From Alphaproteobacteria bacterium (GTDB lineage Bacteria; Pseudomonadota; Alphaproteobacteria; UBA828), in NCBI GenBank assembly GCA_963422645.2, contig CAXXVO010000014.1:353226-417225 (forward strand): a DNA stretch of 64,000 bases, given 5' to 3'. Shown one piece after another: positions 40,669 to 50,961 of this stretch. The notes beneath the pieces are model-generated. The model made no database searches. It was not told where the DNA came from and worked only from the letters and a program-made list of their open reading frames with translations. Position 1 is the first letter of the stretch; each line of letters opens with the position of its first letter. The position numbers and the translations under genes were made by a program.

Positions 40669-43644
40669 TTACTCTTCGTTCTTGCGGTCGAGCGCCGCCG
40701 CGGGCGCCGTGACCAGGCGATGATAGGCGGCGCGGACGCGATCCTGAATGTCGACGACGCTGGCCTCAAGGGCGGCGAAATCCTTGACCCCCATGGCCCG
40801 TGCGAGGGTCTCGCGTACGCCGGGTGTGAAGCGGTCGACCTCCCGGTTGGTGCCGACGGTGAGCCGGAGCAGCCCCTGGAGGCGCTGGAGGAAGGCGAGC
40901 ATCTCGGCAAGATCGGCGGCATCGTCGGAGTCGAGGACGCCGGCCTCGCCCAGCCTGCGGTACATCGACTGCGTCGATTGAACCAGGATCGAGGGGTGGC
41001 GCGCGGCATAGCGCAGCAGGTGGTATTGGGCGATGAACTCGAGGTCGAGCAGGCCGCCCCGCACGTGCTTGAGGCGCCAGCGGTTCTCGGTGTGGCGCTC
41101 GCCGTCGATGCGCTCGCGCATGGCGGCGACGTCGGCCAGCAGCGCGCCCGAATCGCGCGGGGTGCAGAGGACGGCGCGGATATCCGCCATGACCCGCGCC
41201 CAGAGACCCGGATCGCCTGCCACCGGCCGGGCGCGGGTGAGCGCCATGTGCTCCCAGGTCCAGGCCTCCTCCTCGTGGTAGCGGCGGAAGGCGGCGGCCT
41301 CGGTCGCGATCGGCCCCGAGGTGCCGGACGGCCTGAGGCGCGTGTCGATCTCGTAGAGGCGGCCTTCGGCGGTGAGCGCGCTCACGGCGTTCGAGAGACG
41401 CTTGGTGAAGCGGGCGTAGTAGTGACTCGCGGCCAGGCCCTGGGCGCCGTCGGACTGCACATCCGCTCCGGCCGGCATGCCGTAGAGGAAGACCACGTCG
41501 AGGTCGCTGTCGAAGGTGAGCTCGCGGCTGCCGAGCTTGCCCATGCCGAGCACGGCGTAGGCCGCGCCCGGCACCGCGCCGTGCCGCCGGGCGAAATCCT
41601 GGTGCACGCGCGGCAGCAGGGTCTCGATCACCGTATCGGCGATATCCGAGAGCGCACCGGACAAGAGGTCGACCGCCACGTCGCCCCGCAGGATCTGCAT
41701 GCCCACCTGGAACTCGCGCTCGTGCTGCCAGCGCCGCACGCCGTCGAGTAGGTCGTCGTAGTCGCCGGCGGGCGCGAGCGTGCGCGCGAGGTCGTCGATC
41801 AGCTCGTCCCGATCCGGCAGCCGCTGGTGCAGGTCGCCGCTGATGAGGCCTTCGAGCAGGTCGGGGCTGCGGCTCAGATGCTCGGCGATGCGGGGCGCGC
41901 TGCCCAGGATCTCGGCGAGCCGGGCCAGCAGGGCGGGGTTGTCGTGGAGCAGCAGGAAGGGCTGGACCCCCGACGGCAGCCCGGCGAGGAACTCGTCCAG
42001 CTTGCGGAAGGCGGAGTCGGGATCGGCGGTGTGGGAGAGCGCGCGGAGCAGGGCCGGCATGAGCTCGGTCAGGAGCTCCCGCGCCCGTGTGCTGCGGGTT
42101 GCCTGGATCCGGCCGTGATGCCAGCGGCGCACCGTCGCCGAGACGCCCGCGGCGTCACCGAAACCCATCCGCTCAAGGCTTGCCAGGGTGTCGGGGTCGT
42201 CCTCGGTGCCCGTGAACACGAGATTGCCGCTCTCGTCGCCGAGCGCCGGTTCGTCCTCGAAGAGCGCGGCGTAGTGCCCTTCGACGGCGCGGATGTGGGT
42301 GAGCAGCGCATCGGCGAAGCCTGCCTCGTCGGCGAAGCCCATGAGGCGGGCGATCGCGGCGCGTCCGTCGGCGTCGTCCGGAATCCGCAGGTCGGGCTCG
42401 TCTTCGATCATCTCCAGGCGGTGCTCGAGCCGGCGGAGGAAGCGGTAGGAGTCGATCAGCGCGTCCACCGCCTTCTCGCTCGTGCGCCCGGCGGCGGCGA
42501 GCGCCCTGAGCGCATCGCAGGTCGTGCGGGAGCGCAGCGAGTCGTCGCGGCCGCCCCAGATGAGCTGCTGCGTCTGCGCGTAGAGCTCGATCTGGCGAAT
42601 GCCGCCCCGGCCGCGCTCGATGTCGTGCCCGGCGACGTCGAAGTGCTGGCGGCTGGGCTCGGCGTTGATCTGCCGCTTGATCGACTGGATATCCTGGATC
42701 GCCGCGAGGTCGAGGTACTTGCGCCAGATGAAGGGCCGCAGCCGCTCGATCATCTCGGCGCCGACCGCCATGTCGCCGGCCGCCGGGCGCGCCTTGATCG
42801 TCGCGGCGCGTTCCCAGTTCTGCCCGTGGCTCTCGTAATACTGCTCCGCAGCCCCGGTCGAGAGCGCGAGCGGCGTGGCGCCCGTGTTGGGCCTGAACTT
42901 GAGGTCGGTGCGATAGACGCAGCCCTCGTCGCCGCGCTCGCCGAGCAGGGCGGCGAAATCGCGCACGAGGCGGTGCAGGGCCTCCGCAGGCTCGCCCCGT
43001 CCCCGGTGCCGCACGCGTTCGGGGTCGAAGAGCACGAGCAGGCCGAGCTCGCTTGAATAGGTGAGCTCACCCGCGCCGAGCCCGCCCACGCCGAACACGG
43101 TCAGCCCGCTCGCCGCCGCTTCATCCTGGTCTGGGGGTGCGAGAGTGCCCCGCGCGGCGGCGTCCCGAAGGAGGTGGTCGAGCGCGCTCGCGAGCACGGC
43201 ATCGGCGAGCCGGGTGAGGGCTGCGGCGACCCGATCCAGCGGCCAGGCGCCTGCGATGTCGGCAAGCGCTACGGTCAGCGACGCCCGCCGCCTGAGCTCC
43301 CGAAGCCGACGGGCGAAGATGCGGCGGTCGCGGCTCGCGCCGGCGGCGCCCGCTATCTCGTCGAGCGCGCTCGCGAACGCGGCGCCCGGGCCTTGCTCGG
43401 CCACCAGGCGAAGCTGGGCCGGATCGCGGGCCAGCGCCCGGCCGAGGGCAGGGGCGTTGCCGAACACGCCCTCGAGGAAGGCACGCGCCCGGCCATCGCC
43501 ATCAAGGGCTCTCGCGAAGGACTCTTCGTCGGCGCCAAGCGCGGCTGCCGCTGCGAGCCAAGCGTCACGACGCGCGCGCGCGCGTTCGCCCGAGACCGGT
43601 TCGGAGCAAATCGTATCGATTGAAAGGAAGGGCAGTCGCGACAC
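40669..43644 (-). CDS. glnE: Glutamine synthetase adenylyltransferase GlnE
   Basis: Two NTase-like halves: GQNWERAA..KAR and MGKLGSRELTFDSDLD, YEIDTRLRPSG, WEHMALTRAR. Confidence 0.92.
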   Translation of the reverse strand: MSRLPFLSIDTICSEPVSGERARARRDAWLAAAAALGADEESFARALDGDGRARAFLEGVFGNAPALGRALARDPAQLRLVAEQGPGAAFASALDEIAGAAGASRDRRIFARRLRELRRRASLTVALADIAGAWPLDRVAAALTRLADAVLASALDHLLRDAAARGTLAPPDQDEAAASGLTVFGVGGLGAGELTYSSELGLLVLFDPERVRHRGRGEPAEALHRLVRDFAALLGERGDEGCVYRTDLKFRPNTGATPLALSTGAAEQYYESHGQNWERAATIKARPAAGDMAVGAEMIERLRPFIWRKYLDLAAIQDIQSIKRQINAEPSRQHFDVAGHDIERGRGGIRQIELYAQTQQLIWGGRDDSLRSRTTCDALRALAAAGRTSEKAVDALIDSYRFLRRLEHRLEMIEDEPDLRIPDDADGRAAIARLMGFADEAGFADALLTHIRAVEGHYAALFEDEPALGDESGNLVFTGTEDDPDTLASLERMGFGDAAGVSATVRRWHHGRIQATRSTRARELLTELMPALLRALSHTADPDSAFRKLDEFLAGLPSGVQPFLLLHDNPALLARLAEILGSAPRIAEHLSRSPDLLEGLISGDLHQRLPDRDELIDDLARTLAPAGDYDDLLDGVRRWQHEREFQVGMQILRGDVAVDLLSGALSDIADTVIETLLPRVHQDFARRHGAVPGAAYAVLGMGKLGSRELTFDSDLDVVFLYGMPAGADVQSDGAQGLAASHYYARFTKRLSNAVSALTAEGRLYEIDTRLRPSGTSGPIATEAAAFRRYHEEEAWTWEHMALTRARPVAGDPGLWARVMADIRAVLCTPRDSGALLADVAAMRERIDGERHTENRWRLKHVRGGLLDLEFIAQYHLLRYAARHPSILVQSTQSMYRRLGEAGVLDSDDAADLAEMLAFLQRLQGLLRLTVGTNREVDRFTPGVRETLARAMGVKDFAALEASVVDIQDRVRAAYHRLVTAPAAALDRKNEE

Positions 43645-43733
43645 CGTGCGCCGATTGTATTACAAGGATCGCTGCGGGGAAGAGGCAAAGGGGGCCAAGG
43701 GGGCGCACTGGCGGCCGTCTCCGGATCACCGAT

Positions 43734-46700
43734 ATGAGCTCGACGGCCCGAATCGCTCTTCAGGCGCTCGGCGCCCTGTTTGGCGTGCTCGCCATCCTCT
43801 TCGGCCTGGCCGCATGGCGGCTGTCGACCGGCCCGATCTCGCTCGGATTCCTCTCCCCCTACATGCAAGAGGCGCTGGAGGGCGAGGATCTCCCCTACCA
43901 ATTCGAATTCGAAGACACGGTTCTGGTCTGGCCCGGCTGGGGTGAGGCGCTCGAGGTCCACCTGACCGATCTCCGGATCGCCGATGCGAGCGGCGTTACC
44001 CTGGCGGCGGTGCCGGCGGCGTCGCTGGGATTGAGCGGGGCGGCTCTCTTGAGCGGGTCGATCGCGCCGACGTCGATCGAGTTGATCGGTCTAAGCCTCG
44101 CTCTCGTTCGCGACCCGGACGGGCGCGTACATCTCGCCGGCGGTGACGAGGGCGGCCTGGCCGACGACGAAGCGTCCGATTCGCTGGTCGCCGATCTGCT
44201 CGACCCGCCCCGCAACGACCACCCGATGGCGCGGCTGGAGCGGGTCAGTCTTCGCGATGCCTCGATCGTCCTGTTCGACGATGCGACCGATCTCACCTGG
44301 ACCGCGCCGAGCACCGATCTCACCCTCAATCTGGACGAGGCCGCGATCCTCGGGCAGCTGTCGGCGGAATTGCAGGCGCGGGATCTGGAGACCCAAATCG
44401 AGGTGGAGCTCTTCCACCACCGGGAGAGCAAGATGGCCAGCGCCGCCATCGGGTTCTCCGGGCTCAATCTGGTGAAGCTCTCCTTCATCGCGCCGGAGCT
44501 CGAGGATTTCGCCGGCCTGCGCGTTCCGCTTTCCGGAACGATAGCGTTCGATGTGGCGCCGGGCGGCATCCTCAGCGGTGTCGCCTTCGATATCACAGGC
44601 GGCGAGGGGGAGGTCGCGTTGCCCGAGATCTTTCCCGCGCCGGTGCCGGTGCGCCGGCTCGCCGCCGCCGGCTCGGTCGATGGCGGGCTCTCGCGGCTCG
44701 TTCTCGACACATTCGTGATCGATACCGACCGCCCCAGCTTCTATCTCGACGGCACGCTCTGGCAATCGGATGCCGGAATCGGCCTCAAGGGACGGTTTCA
44801 GGCGCACGACATTCCCTTCGACACGCTCGGCGCCTATTGGCCCGAGGCGTTCATCCCGGCCGGGCACCGATGGATCTCGCAGAACGTCGCCGAGGGCGTG
44901 ATTACCCGACTGGAAGCCGCGCTCGATATCGAGCGCGGCGATTTCGAGAACAACCGCTTCGATGCGGCCTCGGCGGCGGGCACGCTCGTTTTCGAAGACG
45001 CGAGCGTCCACTACCGGCGCCCGATGCCGCCGGTGACGGGGGTCGACGGCAGCGCGCGCTTCACGGGCGACTCGCTCGATATCACGATGAGCGGCGGCCA
45101 AGTCGAAGGCATCGCCGCCACCCGCGGAAGGGTCCTGCTGAGCCAGGTCCACTCGGCGGAACCCCGCATGTCGGTGACGATCGAAGCCGAAGGGCCGGCG
45201 GCGGACGCCCTCGCCCTGCTCGACCATCCGCGCCTCGGACTGGTGAGCAAGATCGGGCTGGAGCCGGCCGGGGCCGGCGGCACGGTGCACACCCTCTTCG
45301 CCCTCGAACTGCCGCTGCTCTATGCGATTGAGCCGGAGCAGGTGGTCGTGAGCGCCGTCGCCCGTGTCCAAGATGCCCGGATCGCGGACATCGCAGGCAT
45401 CGCGGAGATGACCGAGGGTGCGCTCCGCATTGGCGTCGACAACGCCAGCATGGATCTACGCGGCCCGGCCAGGCTGAACGGCATGCCGGCGACGATCGCG
45501 TGGCGCGAGAATTTCGACGATGGCGCGCCCTTCGCACGACGCTTCGACGTGACGACGACGGTGACGCCTGAAGCCCAGACCGCGCTGGGCTTCGACATGG
45601 CGCCTTACGTGCAGGGCACCCTCGGGCTGGTCGGGGGCTACACCGATCCCGGGGACGGCGCGGCGCCGCGTGCGACGCTTGCGTTCGATGCGACCGAGGC
45701 AGAGCTGGAAATACCGGAGCTGCACTGGGCCAAGCCCGCCGGGGCGCCGGGGGCGGTGCGCGTCGTCGCGAGTATTCCTCCCGAGGACAGGGTCGTGCTC
45801 ACCAGGGTCGAGCTCGAGACCGAGACCTTGTACGCCCTTGGCCGGGCGACGCTTGCCGACGGACTGGAAGGCGTCCACGAAATCACGATCGAGACGTTGC
45901 GGCACGGAGAGACGGACATTGCCGGCAGAGTCGTGTCCGATGGGGACGCGACCAGGGTCTCCGTGCGCGGCGCCAGTCTCGATGCGCGGCCCTACTTCAG
46001 TCGCCTCACGGAGGAAGGCGCGCCTGAATTCGGCGAGCTGGTTCTCGATCTCGCCGTCGAGCGCATCGTGACCACCGACAATCAGCAGCTGACGGATTTC
46101 CGCGCCCGGTTCGAGACCGGTGCCGAAGGGCGGCATGTCGGGGTCATGGAGGGAACGCTCGCGACCGGCGCGCGCATGTCCTTCTCCCTAGAGCCGCTGG
46201 AGGACAAGCGCCGGATCACCGTGCGCTCGCGCGACGCAGGCGAGGTGGCCCGCACCTTCGGCATCTACGGCAACGCCGTGGGCGGCGAGCTTTTCATGCG
46301 GGCGGTCGTGCACGACGACCTGCCGGGGGCACCCGTCAGAGGTACGATCAGGATCGAGGACTATCGCGTGATCAACGCGCCGACGCTGGCGCGGCTGCTG
46401 ACCATCGCGACGCTGACCGGCATCGTCGGCGAACTGCGCGGCAAAGGGATACTCTTTTCGCGATTCGAGATGCCCTTCACCCTCGAAGAGAACATTCTGA
46501 CCATTCGGGATGCGCAGACTTCGGGCTTTACCGTCGGCGTGAATGCCGAGGGGACGGTCGATCTCGAAACGGACCGGGTGGATATGAAGGGCACGATCGT
46601 GCCTGCCTACACCTTCAACACCCTGATCGACGTTATTCCCGTGCTAGGAGAGCTGCTGACCGGCGGGGAAGGCGAGGGGCTGTTCGCGGCGACTTACACG

Positions 46701-46796
46701 GTGGGCGGGACGACCGCCGAGCCGGATATCACGGTCAACCCGCTCTCCGTCCTCGCGCCAAACTTCCTGCGCAAGCTGTTCTCCACCGAAGAATAG
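43734..46796 (+). CDS. YhdP/AsmA-like (DUF3971, AsmA_2) envelope protein
   Basis: N-terminal TM with WRLSTGPISLGFL, C-terminal GTIVPAY..N..IPVLG..VNPLSVLAP. Divergent from glnE. Confidence 0.85.
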   Translation: MSSTARIALQALGALFGVLAILFGLAAWRLSTGPISLGFLSPYMQEALEGEDLPYQFEFEDTVLVWPGWGEALEVHLTDLRIADASGVTLAAVPAASLGLSGAALLSGSIAPTSIELIGLSLALVRDPDGRVHLAGGDEGGLADDEASDSLVADLLDPPRNDHPMARLERVSLRDASIVLFDDATDLTWTAPSTDLTLNLDEAAILGQLSAELQARDLETQIEVELFHHRESKMASAAIGFSGLNLVKLSFIAPELEDFAGLRVPLSGTIAFDVAPGGILSGVAFDITGGEGEVALPEIFPAPVPVRRLAAAGSVDGGLSRLVLDTFVIDTDRPSFYLDGTLWQSDAGIGLKGRFQAHDIPFDTLGAYWPEAFIPAGHRWISQNVAEGVITRLEAALDIERGDFENNRFDAASAAGTLVFEDASVHYRRPMPPVTGVDGSARFTGDSLDITMSGGQVEGIAATRGRVLLSQVHSAEPRMSVTIEAEGPAADALALLDHPRLGLVSKIGLEPAGAGGTVHTLFALELPLLYAIEPEQVVVSAVARVQDARIADIAGIAEMTEGALRIGVDNASMDLRGPARLNGMPATIAWRENFDDGAPFARRFDVTTTVTPEAQTALGFDMAPYVQGTLGLVGGYTDPGDGAAPRATLAFDATEAELEIPELHWAKPAGAPGAVRVVASIPPEDRVVLTRVELETETLYALGRATLADGLEGVHEITIETLRHGETDIAGRVVSDGDATRVSVRGASLDARPYFSRLTEEGAPEFGELVLDLAVERIVTTDNQQLTDFRARFETGAEGRHVGVMEGTLATGARMSFSLEPLEDKRRITVRSRDAGEVARTFGIYGNAVGGELFMRAVVHDDLPGAPVRGTIRIEDYRVINAPTLARLLTIATLTGIVGELRGKGILFSRFEMPFTLEENILTIRDAQTSGFTVGVNAEGTVDLETDRVDMKGTIVPAYTFNTLIDVIPVLGELLTGGEGEGLFAATYTVGGTTAEPDITVNPLSVLAPNFLRKLFSTEE

Positions 46797-46850
46797 GAAG
46801 AATGAGCGGCTCCCGAGAGAGGAGCCCGCTGGGAAAGCAACTGGTTGGGG

Positions 46851-47513
46851 TTATGTCGCCGCAGGCGGGGACGCGGCGGATGTCTCGGAGTCTGCGGCGG
46901 CCGCCAGCTCGAACACCCGCTCGAAGACGTCCGGCGTTTGCGCGCCGGAGACCGCGTAGCGGCCCTCGAAGATGAAGCAGGGCACGCCGGAGATGCCGGA
47001 GCGGCTCGCAGCCTCGCTCTCCTTCTTTATCTCTTCCACCCCGTCGCTGCCATCCAGAAAGCGGCGCAATTCACCCTCGTCGAGGCCGCCGTCCACGCCG
47101 GCGGCGGTGAGAACGCCGAGGTCGCTGATGTCCTCGCCCTGCTCGAAATAGCGGTGGAAGAGGGATTCGACCACCTTGTCCTGCGCATTGCGTTCGCCGG
47201 CGTACTCGATCAGCCGGTGGGAATCGACGGTGTTGGGCGTGCGCGCGATGCGCTCGAAGACGAATTTGATGCCCTCGGATTCGCCGGCCTGCTCGATCGC
47301 CTCGAAGATCTCGCTAACCCGCTCCTCCGAGCCGAACTTCGCCACCAGGTAGCGCATCCGGTCGACGCCCTCGGCCGGCATGTCCGGGTTGAGCTGAAAG
47401 GGGCGCCACTCGACCGCAAGCTCGGCGGGACGGCCGGCCTTGGCGCGCTCGAAGCGGCGCTTGCCGATATAGCACCAGGGGCAGATCGTGTCGGAGACGA
47501 TGGCGACTTGCAT
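46851..47513 (-). CDS. DsbA-family (FrnE-like) oxidoreductase
   Basis: SDTICPWCYIGKRR, PFQLNP, GVPCF, SGAQ. Confidence 0.9.
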   Translation of the reverse strand: MQVAIVSDTICPWCYIGKRRFERAKAGRPAELAVEWRPFQLNPDMPAEGVDRMRYLVAKFGSEERVSEIFEAIEQAGESEGIKFVFERIARTPNTVDSHRLIEYAGERNAQDKVVESLFHRYFEQGEDISDLGVLTAAGVDGGLDEGELRRFLDGSDGVEEIKKESEAASRSGISGVPCFIFEGRYAVSGAQTPDVFERVFELAAAADSETSAASPPAAT

Positions 47514-47618
47514 CGGCGGAGTATATCGGCGGGCCCTTCGTAGCGCGAGCGCGCCGCTTCTTGACGCCGCCTCGGGCGAGCGCCGACCATGGGCCCTTCG
47601 TGACCGAGGGAGCGCAGG

Positions 47619-49295
47619 GTGTCCGACATCGACCGTTACGAGCGCGGGCTGGAACGAGGGCCGGCCAACCATAGCGCGCTCACGCCCTGCGATTTCATGG
47701 CCCGGGCCGCCGCCATCTATCCGGCGCGGACGGCCGTGGTGCACGGCGCGCTCAGGCGAAGCTATGCGGAGACTTACGCCCGCTGCCGCCGGCTGGCCGG
47801 CGCGCTCACCGCGCGCGGTATCGGCATCGGCGATACGGTCTCGATCCTGGCGCCCAACGTGCCGGCCATGCTGGAGGCCCACTTCGGCGTGCCGATGGCG
47901 GGCGCCGTGCTCAATGCCCTCAATATCCGGCTGGATGCGGCCTCCATCGCCGGGATGCTGGCCCATGCGCGCTCCCGCGTGCTCATTGCCGATGCGGGGT
48001 TCGCGGAGGTGGTGGAGGAGGCGCTGGCGCAAATGGACCGCCGCCCGCACGTGGTGGCGATCGAGGATGCTGAGGAGGCCGAAGGGGAGGGGAGGGGCTT
48101 CGCCGACGAGAGCTACGAGGCGCTATTGGCTGCCGGGGCGCCCGATTTCGACTGGCCCTGGCCGGAGGACGAGTGGCAGGCGATCTCGCTCAACTACACC
48201 TCGGGCACGACCGGGCGGCCGAAGGGGGTCGTCTATCACCACCGGGGCGCCTACCTGAACGCGCTCAGCAACGTGCTCATGAACGGGTTCACCGGCTCCT
48301 CGGTCTATCTCTGGACGCTCCCGATGTTCCACTGCAACGGCTGGACCCACACCTGGGCCGTGACCGCCGCCGCCGGCACGCACATCTGCCTGCCCCGAAT
48401 GGAGCCGGCGGAGGTGTTCCGCCTGATCGCCGAGGAGAGAGTGACCCACTTGGCCGGCGCCCCGGTGGTCCTCGGCATGCTGATCAACGCGCCCGAGAGC
48501 GAGAGGCGTCGATTCGACCACGTGGTGGAGGTGGTGACCGGGGGTGCTGCGCCGCCTGCGCCGGTGATCGCGGCCATGGAAGCCATGGGCTTCAACGTCA
48601 CCCATCTCTATGGTTTGACAGAGGTTTACGGACCGGCCCTGGTGGCCGCACCGCAGCAGGACTGGCCGGCCCTGTCGCTCGACGACCGGGCCGCGCTGAT
48701 GGCGCGCCAGGGCGTCCGGCATCACGCGATCCAGGGCGCGATGGTGGCGGATCCGGAGACCCTCGCGCCGGTGCCGGCGGACGGCGCCACGGTGGGCGAG
48801 ATCATGCTGCGCGGGAGCACGGTGATGAAGGGCTATCTCGACGATGACGGGGCCACCGCAGAGGCCTTCGGCGGCGGCTGGTTCCACACCGGCGATCTCG
48901 CGGTGACCCACCCCGACGGCTACATCCAGATCACCGACCGGGCAAAGGACATCATCATTTCCGGCGGCGAGAACATCTCGAGCATCGAGGTCGAGAACGC
49001 GCTCTACGGCCACGAGGCGGTGCTCGAAGCGGCGGTTGTGGCGCAGCCGGACGAGAGGTGGGGGGAGACGCCCTGCGCCTTCGTCGCACTGAAGCCCGAT
49101 GCGCAAGCGGTCTCGGCCGAGGCGCTGATCGACCATTGCCGGGCGCGCATGGCCCGCTTCAAGGCGCCGCGCACCATCGTCTTCGGCGATCTGCCGAAGA
49201 CGGCGACGGGCAAGATCATGAAATTCGAGCTGCGCGAGCGCGCCCGCGCGTTGTCCTCCGACACTCCGGAGGGAGAGGCTGCGGAGGCGGGATGA
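47619..49295 (+). CDS. Acyl-CoA synthetase (AMP-binding)
   Basis: YTSGTTGRPKG, YGLTE, WFHTGDLA, PKTATGK. Confidence 0.92.
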   Translation: MSDIDRYERGLERGPANHSALTPCDFMARAAAIYPARTAVVHGALRRSYAETYARCRRLAGALTARGIGIGDTVSILAPNVPAMLEAHFGVPMAGAVLNALNIRLDAASIAGMLAHARSRVLIADAGFAEVVEEALAQMDRRPHVVAIEDAEEAEGEGRGFADESYEALLAAGAPDFDWPWPEDEWQAISLNYTSGTTGRPKGVVYHHRGAYLNALSNVLMNGFTGSSVYLWTLPMFHCNGWTHTWAVTAAAGTHICLPRMEPAEVFRLIAEERVTHLAGAPVVLGMLINAPESERRRFDHVVEVVTGGAAPPAPVIAAMEAMGFNVTHLYGLTEVYGPALVAAPQQDWPALSLDDRAALMARQGVRHHAIQGAMVADPETLAPVPADGATVGEIMLRGSTVMKGYLDDDGATAEAFGGGWFHTGDLAVTHPDGYIQITDRAKDIIISGGENISSIEVENALYGHEAVLEAAVVAQPDERWGETPCAFVALKPDAQAVSAEALIDHCRARMARFKAPRTIVFGDLPKTATGKIMKFELRERARALSSDTPEGEAAEAG

Positions 49296-49477
49296 CGGTC
49301 GCCATCCTGCCTCTAAAAGACCAGTAGCTAGTGTTTCAGATCAACCTAATAGAAGATTATCCTCATGTACTGGCATAGATAAGGCGAAACCCGTTTCACG
49401 GTGTTCCCGGCGCCTCCGAGCCGACCGTCCGTCCGCCGAGTCCGGTCCATTCTTGAGAACAGTCGTTAGCTAGGCAC

Positions 49478-50881
49478 CTATTCTGCAGAGGCGGCGAGTA
49501 GTTCCGGGCCCATGCCCTCGCGGGCAGCGGCGTCGGCAAACTCGTCGAGCACGTCGCCGAGCGTTGAGGTCATCTCTTCGACCTGCTCGTGCGTGATGAT
49601 GAAGGGTGGGGCGACGATCAGCGAATCGCCGATCGGGCGCGTGATCAGCCCGCGGGCGTAGGCCAGCTCCACGATTCGCTCGCCGATGGCGTGCTCCGGC
49701 GCGAAGGGACGCTTGCTGCCCTTGTCCGCGACGATCTCCAGCGCGCCCAGCAGCCCGACATGCCGCACCTCGCCAACCAGCGGGTGGTCCTCGAAGCGGC
49801 GCAGCGCCGCCTCGAGGGTCGGTGCTACCGCGCGCACATTGTCGAGCAGGCCCTCCGGCTCGGTGATCAGCGCGATGGTCTCCAGCGCCACCGCCGCGGC
49901 GGCCGGGCTGCCGCCCGTGGTGAAGCCGTGGGGAAACTCCTCGATCTCTTCGGCCGCCCGATGCAGGCGGCGATCCATCTCCGGCGACAGCATCACCGCC
50001 GCCATCGGGTAATAGCCTGAGGTGAGCGCCTTCGAGGTGACCAGGATGTCCGGCGTGAACGCGTAGGTCTCCGCGCCCCACAGGTTCCCGGTGCGGCCCA
50101 GCCCGGTGACCACCTCGTCGGCGACCATCGGGATGCCGTAACGGTTCAGGACCGCCTGGATCTTCGGGAAGTAGCCGGCGGGCGGCGGCACCGCGCCGCC
50201 TGCGCCCATCACCGGCTCCGCGAAGAAGCCGGCGAAGGTCTCGGGCCCTTCGGCCTCGATCAGGCTCTCCAGCTCGCTCGCGAGGCGCGTGGCGTAGGCC
50301 TCCTCGCTCTCGCCGGGGTGGGCGTTGCGCCAGTAGTGCGGCGCCTCGACGTAGCGCACCTCCGGCAGCGGCAGCCCGAAGGCGCCGATGTAGGGCTTGC
50401 CGTTGAGGCTGCACGAGGCGACGGTCGTGCCGTGATAGGCCATATGCCGGGAGATCAGCTTGCGCCGCTCCGGCTCGCCGGCGCCCCTGGCCATCATCCA
50501 GAGCATCTTGATGGTGGTGTCGTTGGCCTCCGAGCCCGAGTTGACGAAGTAGACCCGCGCCACTTCCATCGGCGCAATCTCCACCAGCTTCTCGGCGAGC
50601 ACGACCGGGGGCAGGGCGGTGCGGCCGAAGAAGGTGTGATAGGCCGGCAGCTCTTTGAGCGCCTCGTGGGCCGCCTGCACCAGCCTGGGCTCGCTGAAGC
50701 CCACCACCACGTTCCACAGGCCCGAGACGCTTTCGAGATAGCGCTTGCCATGGGTGTCGTGGACGTAGATACCTTCGCCGCGCTCCAGCACGAGCGGGCC
50801 GTCCCGCTCCAGGCTGGGGAGATGGGTGTAGGAATGAAGATGATGCGCGAGATCGCGCGCCTCGGGGGAGTTCAGCGCCAT
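49478..50881 (-). CDS. Class III PLP aminotransferase
   Basis: NSGSEAND, AEPVMGAGG, DEVVTGLGRTG, SKALTSGY. Confidence 0.92.
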   Translation of the reverse strand: MALNSPEARDLAHHLHSYTHLPSLERDGPLVLERGEGIYVHDTHGKRYLESVSGLWNVVVGFSEPRLVQAAHEALKELPAYHTFFGRTALPPVVLAEKLVEIAPMEVARVYFVNSGSEANDTTIKMLWMMARGAGEPERRKLISRHMAYHGTTVASCSLNGKPYIGAFGLPLPEVRYVEAPHYWRNAHPGESEEAYATRLASELESLIEAEGPETFAGFFAEPVMGAGGAVPPPAGYFPKIQAVLNRYGIPMVADEVVTGLGRTGNLWGAETYAFTPDILVTSKALTSGYYPMAAVMLSPEMDRRLHRAAEEIEEFPHGFTTGGSPAAAAVALETIALITEPEGLLDNVRAVAPTLEAALRRFEDHPLVGEVRHVGLLGALEIVADKGSKRPFAPEHAIGERIVELAYARGLITRPIGDSLIVAPPFIITHEQVEEMTSTLGDVLDEFADAAAREGMGPELLAASAE

Positions 50882-50961
50882 CGCTCGGGACCTCTGATCG
50901 TTCCGTCGGTGGAGACGAGCCCTGCCGGCCGCGGCGTTCGACCGCAGACAGCGGGGCAACC

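Noticed and set aside
49325-49470. AT-rich patch between convergent genes
   Set aside because: No ORF, repeat or recognisable RNA could be supported.
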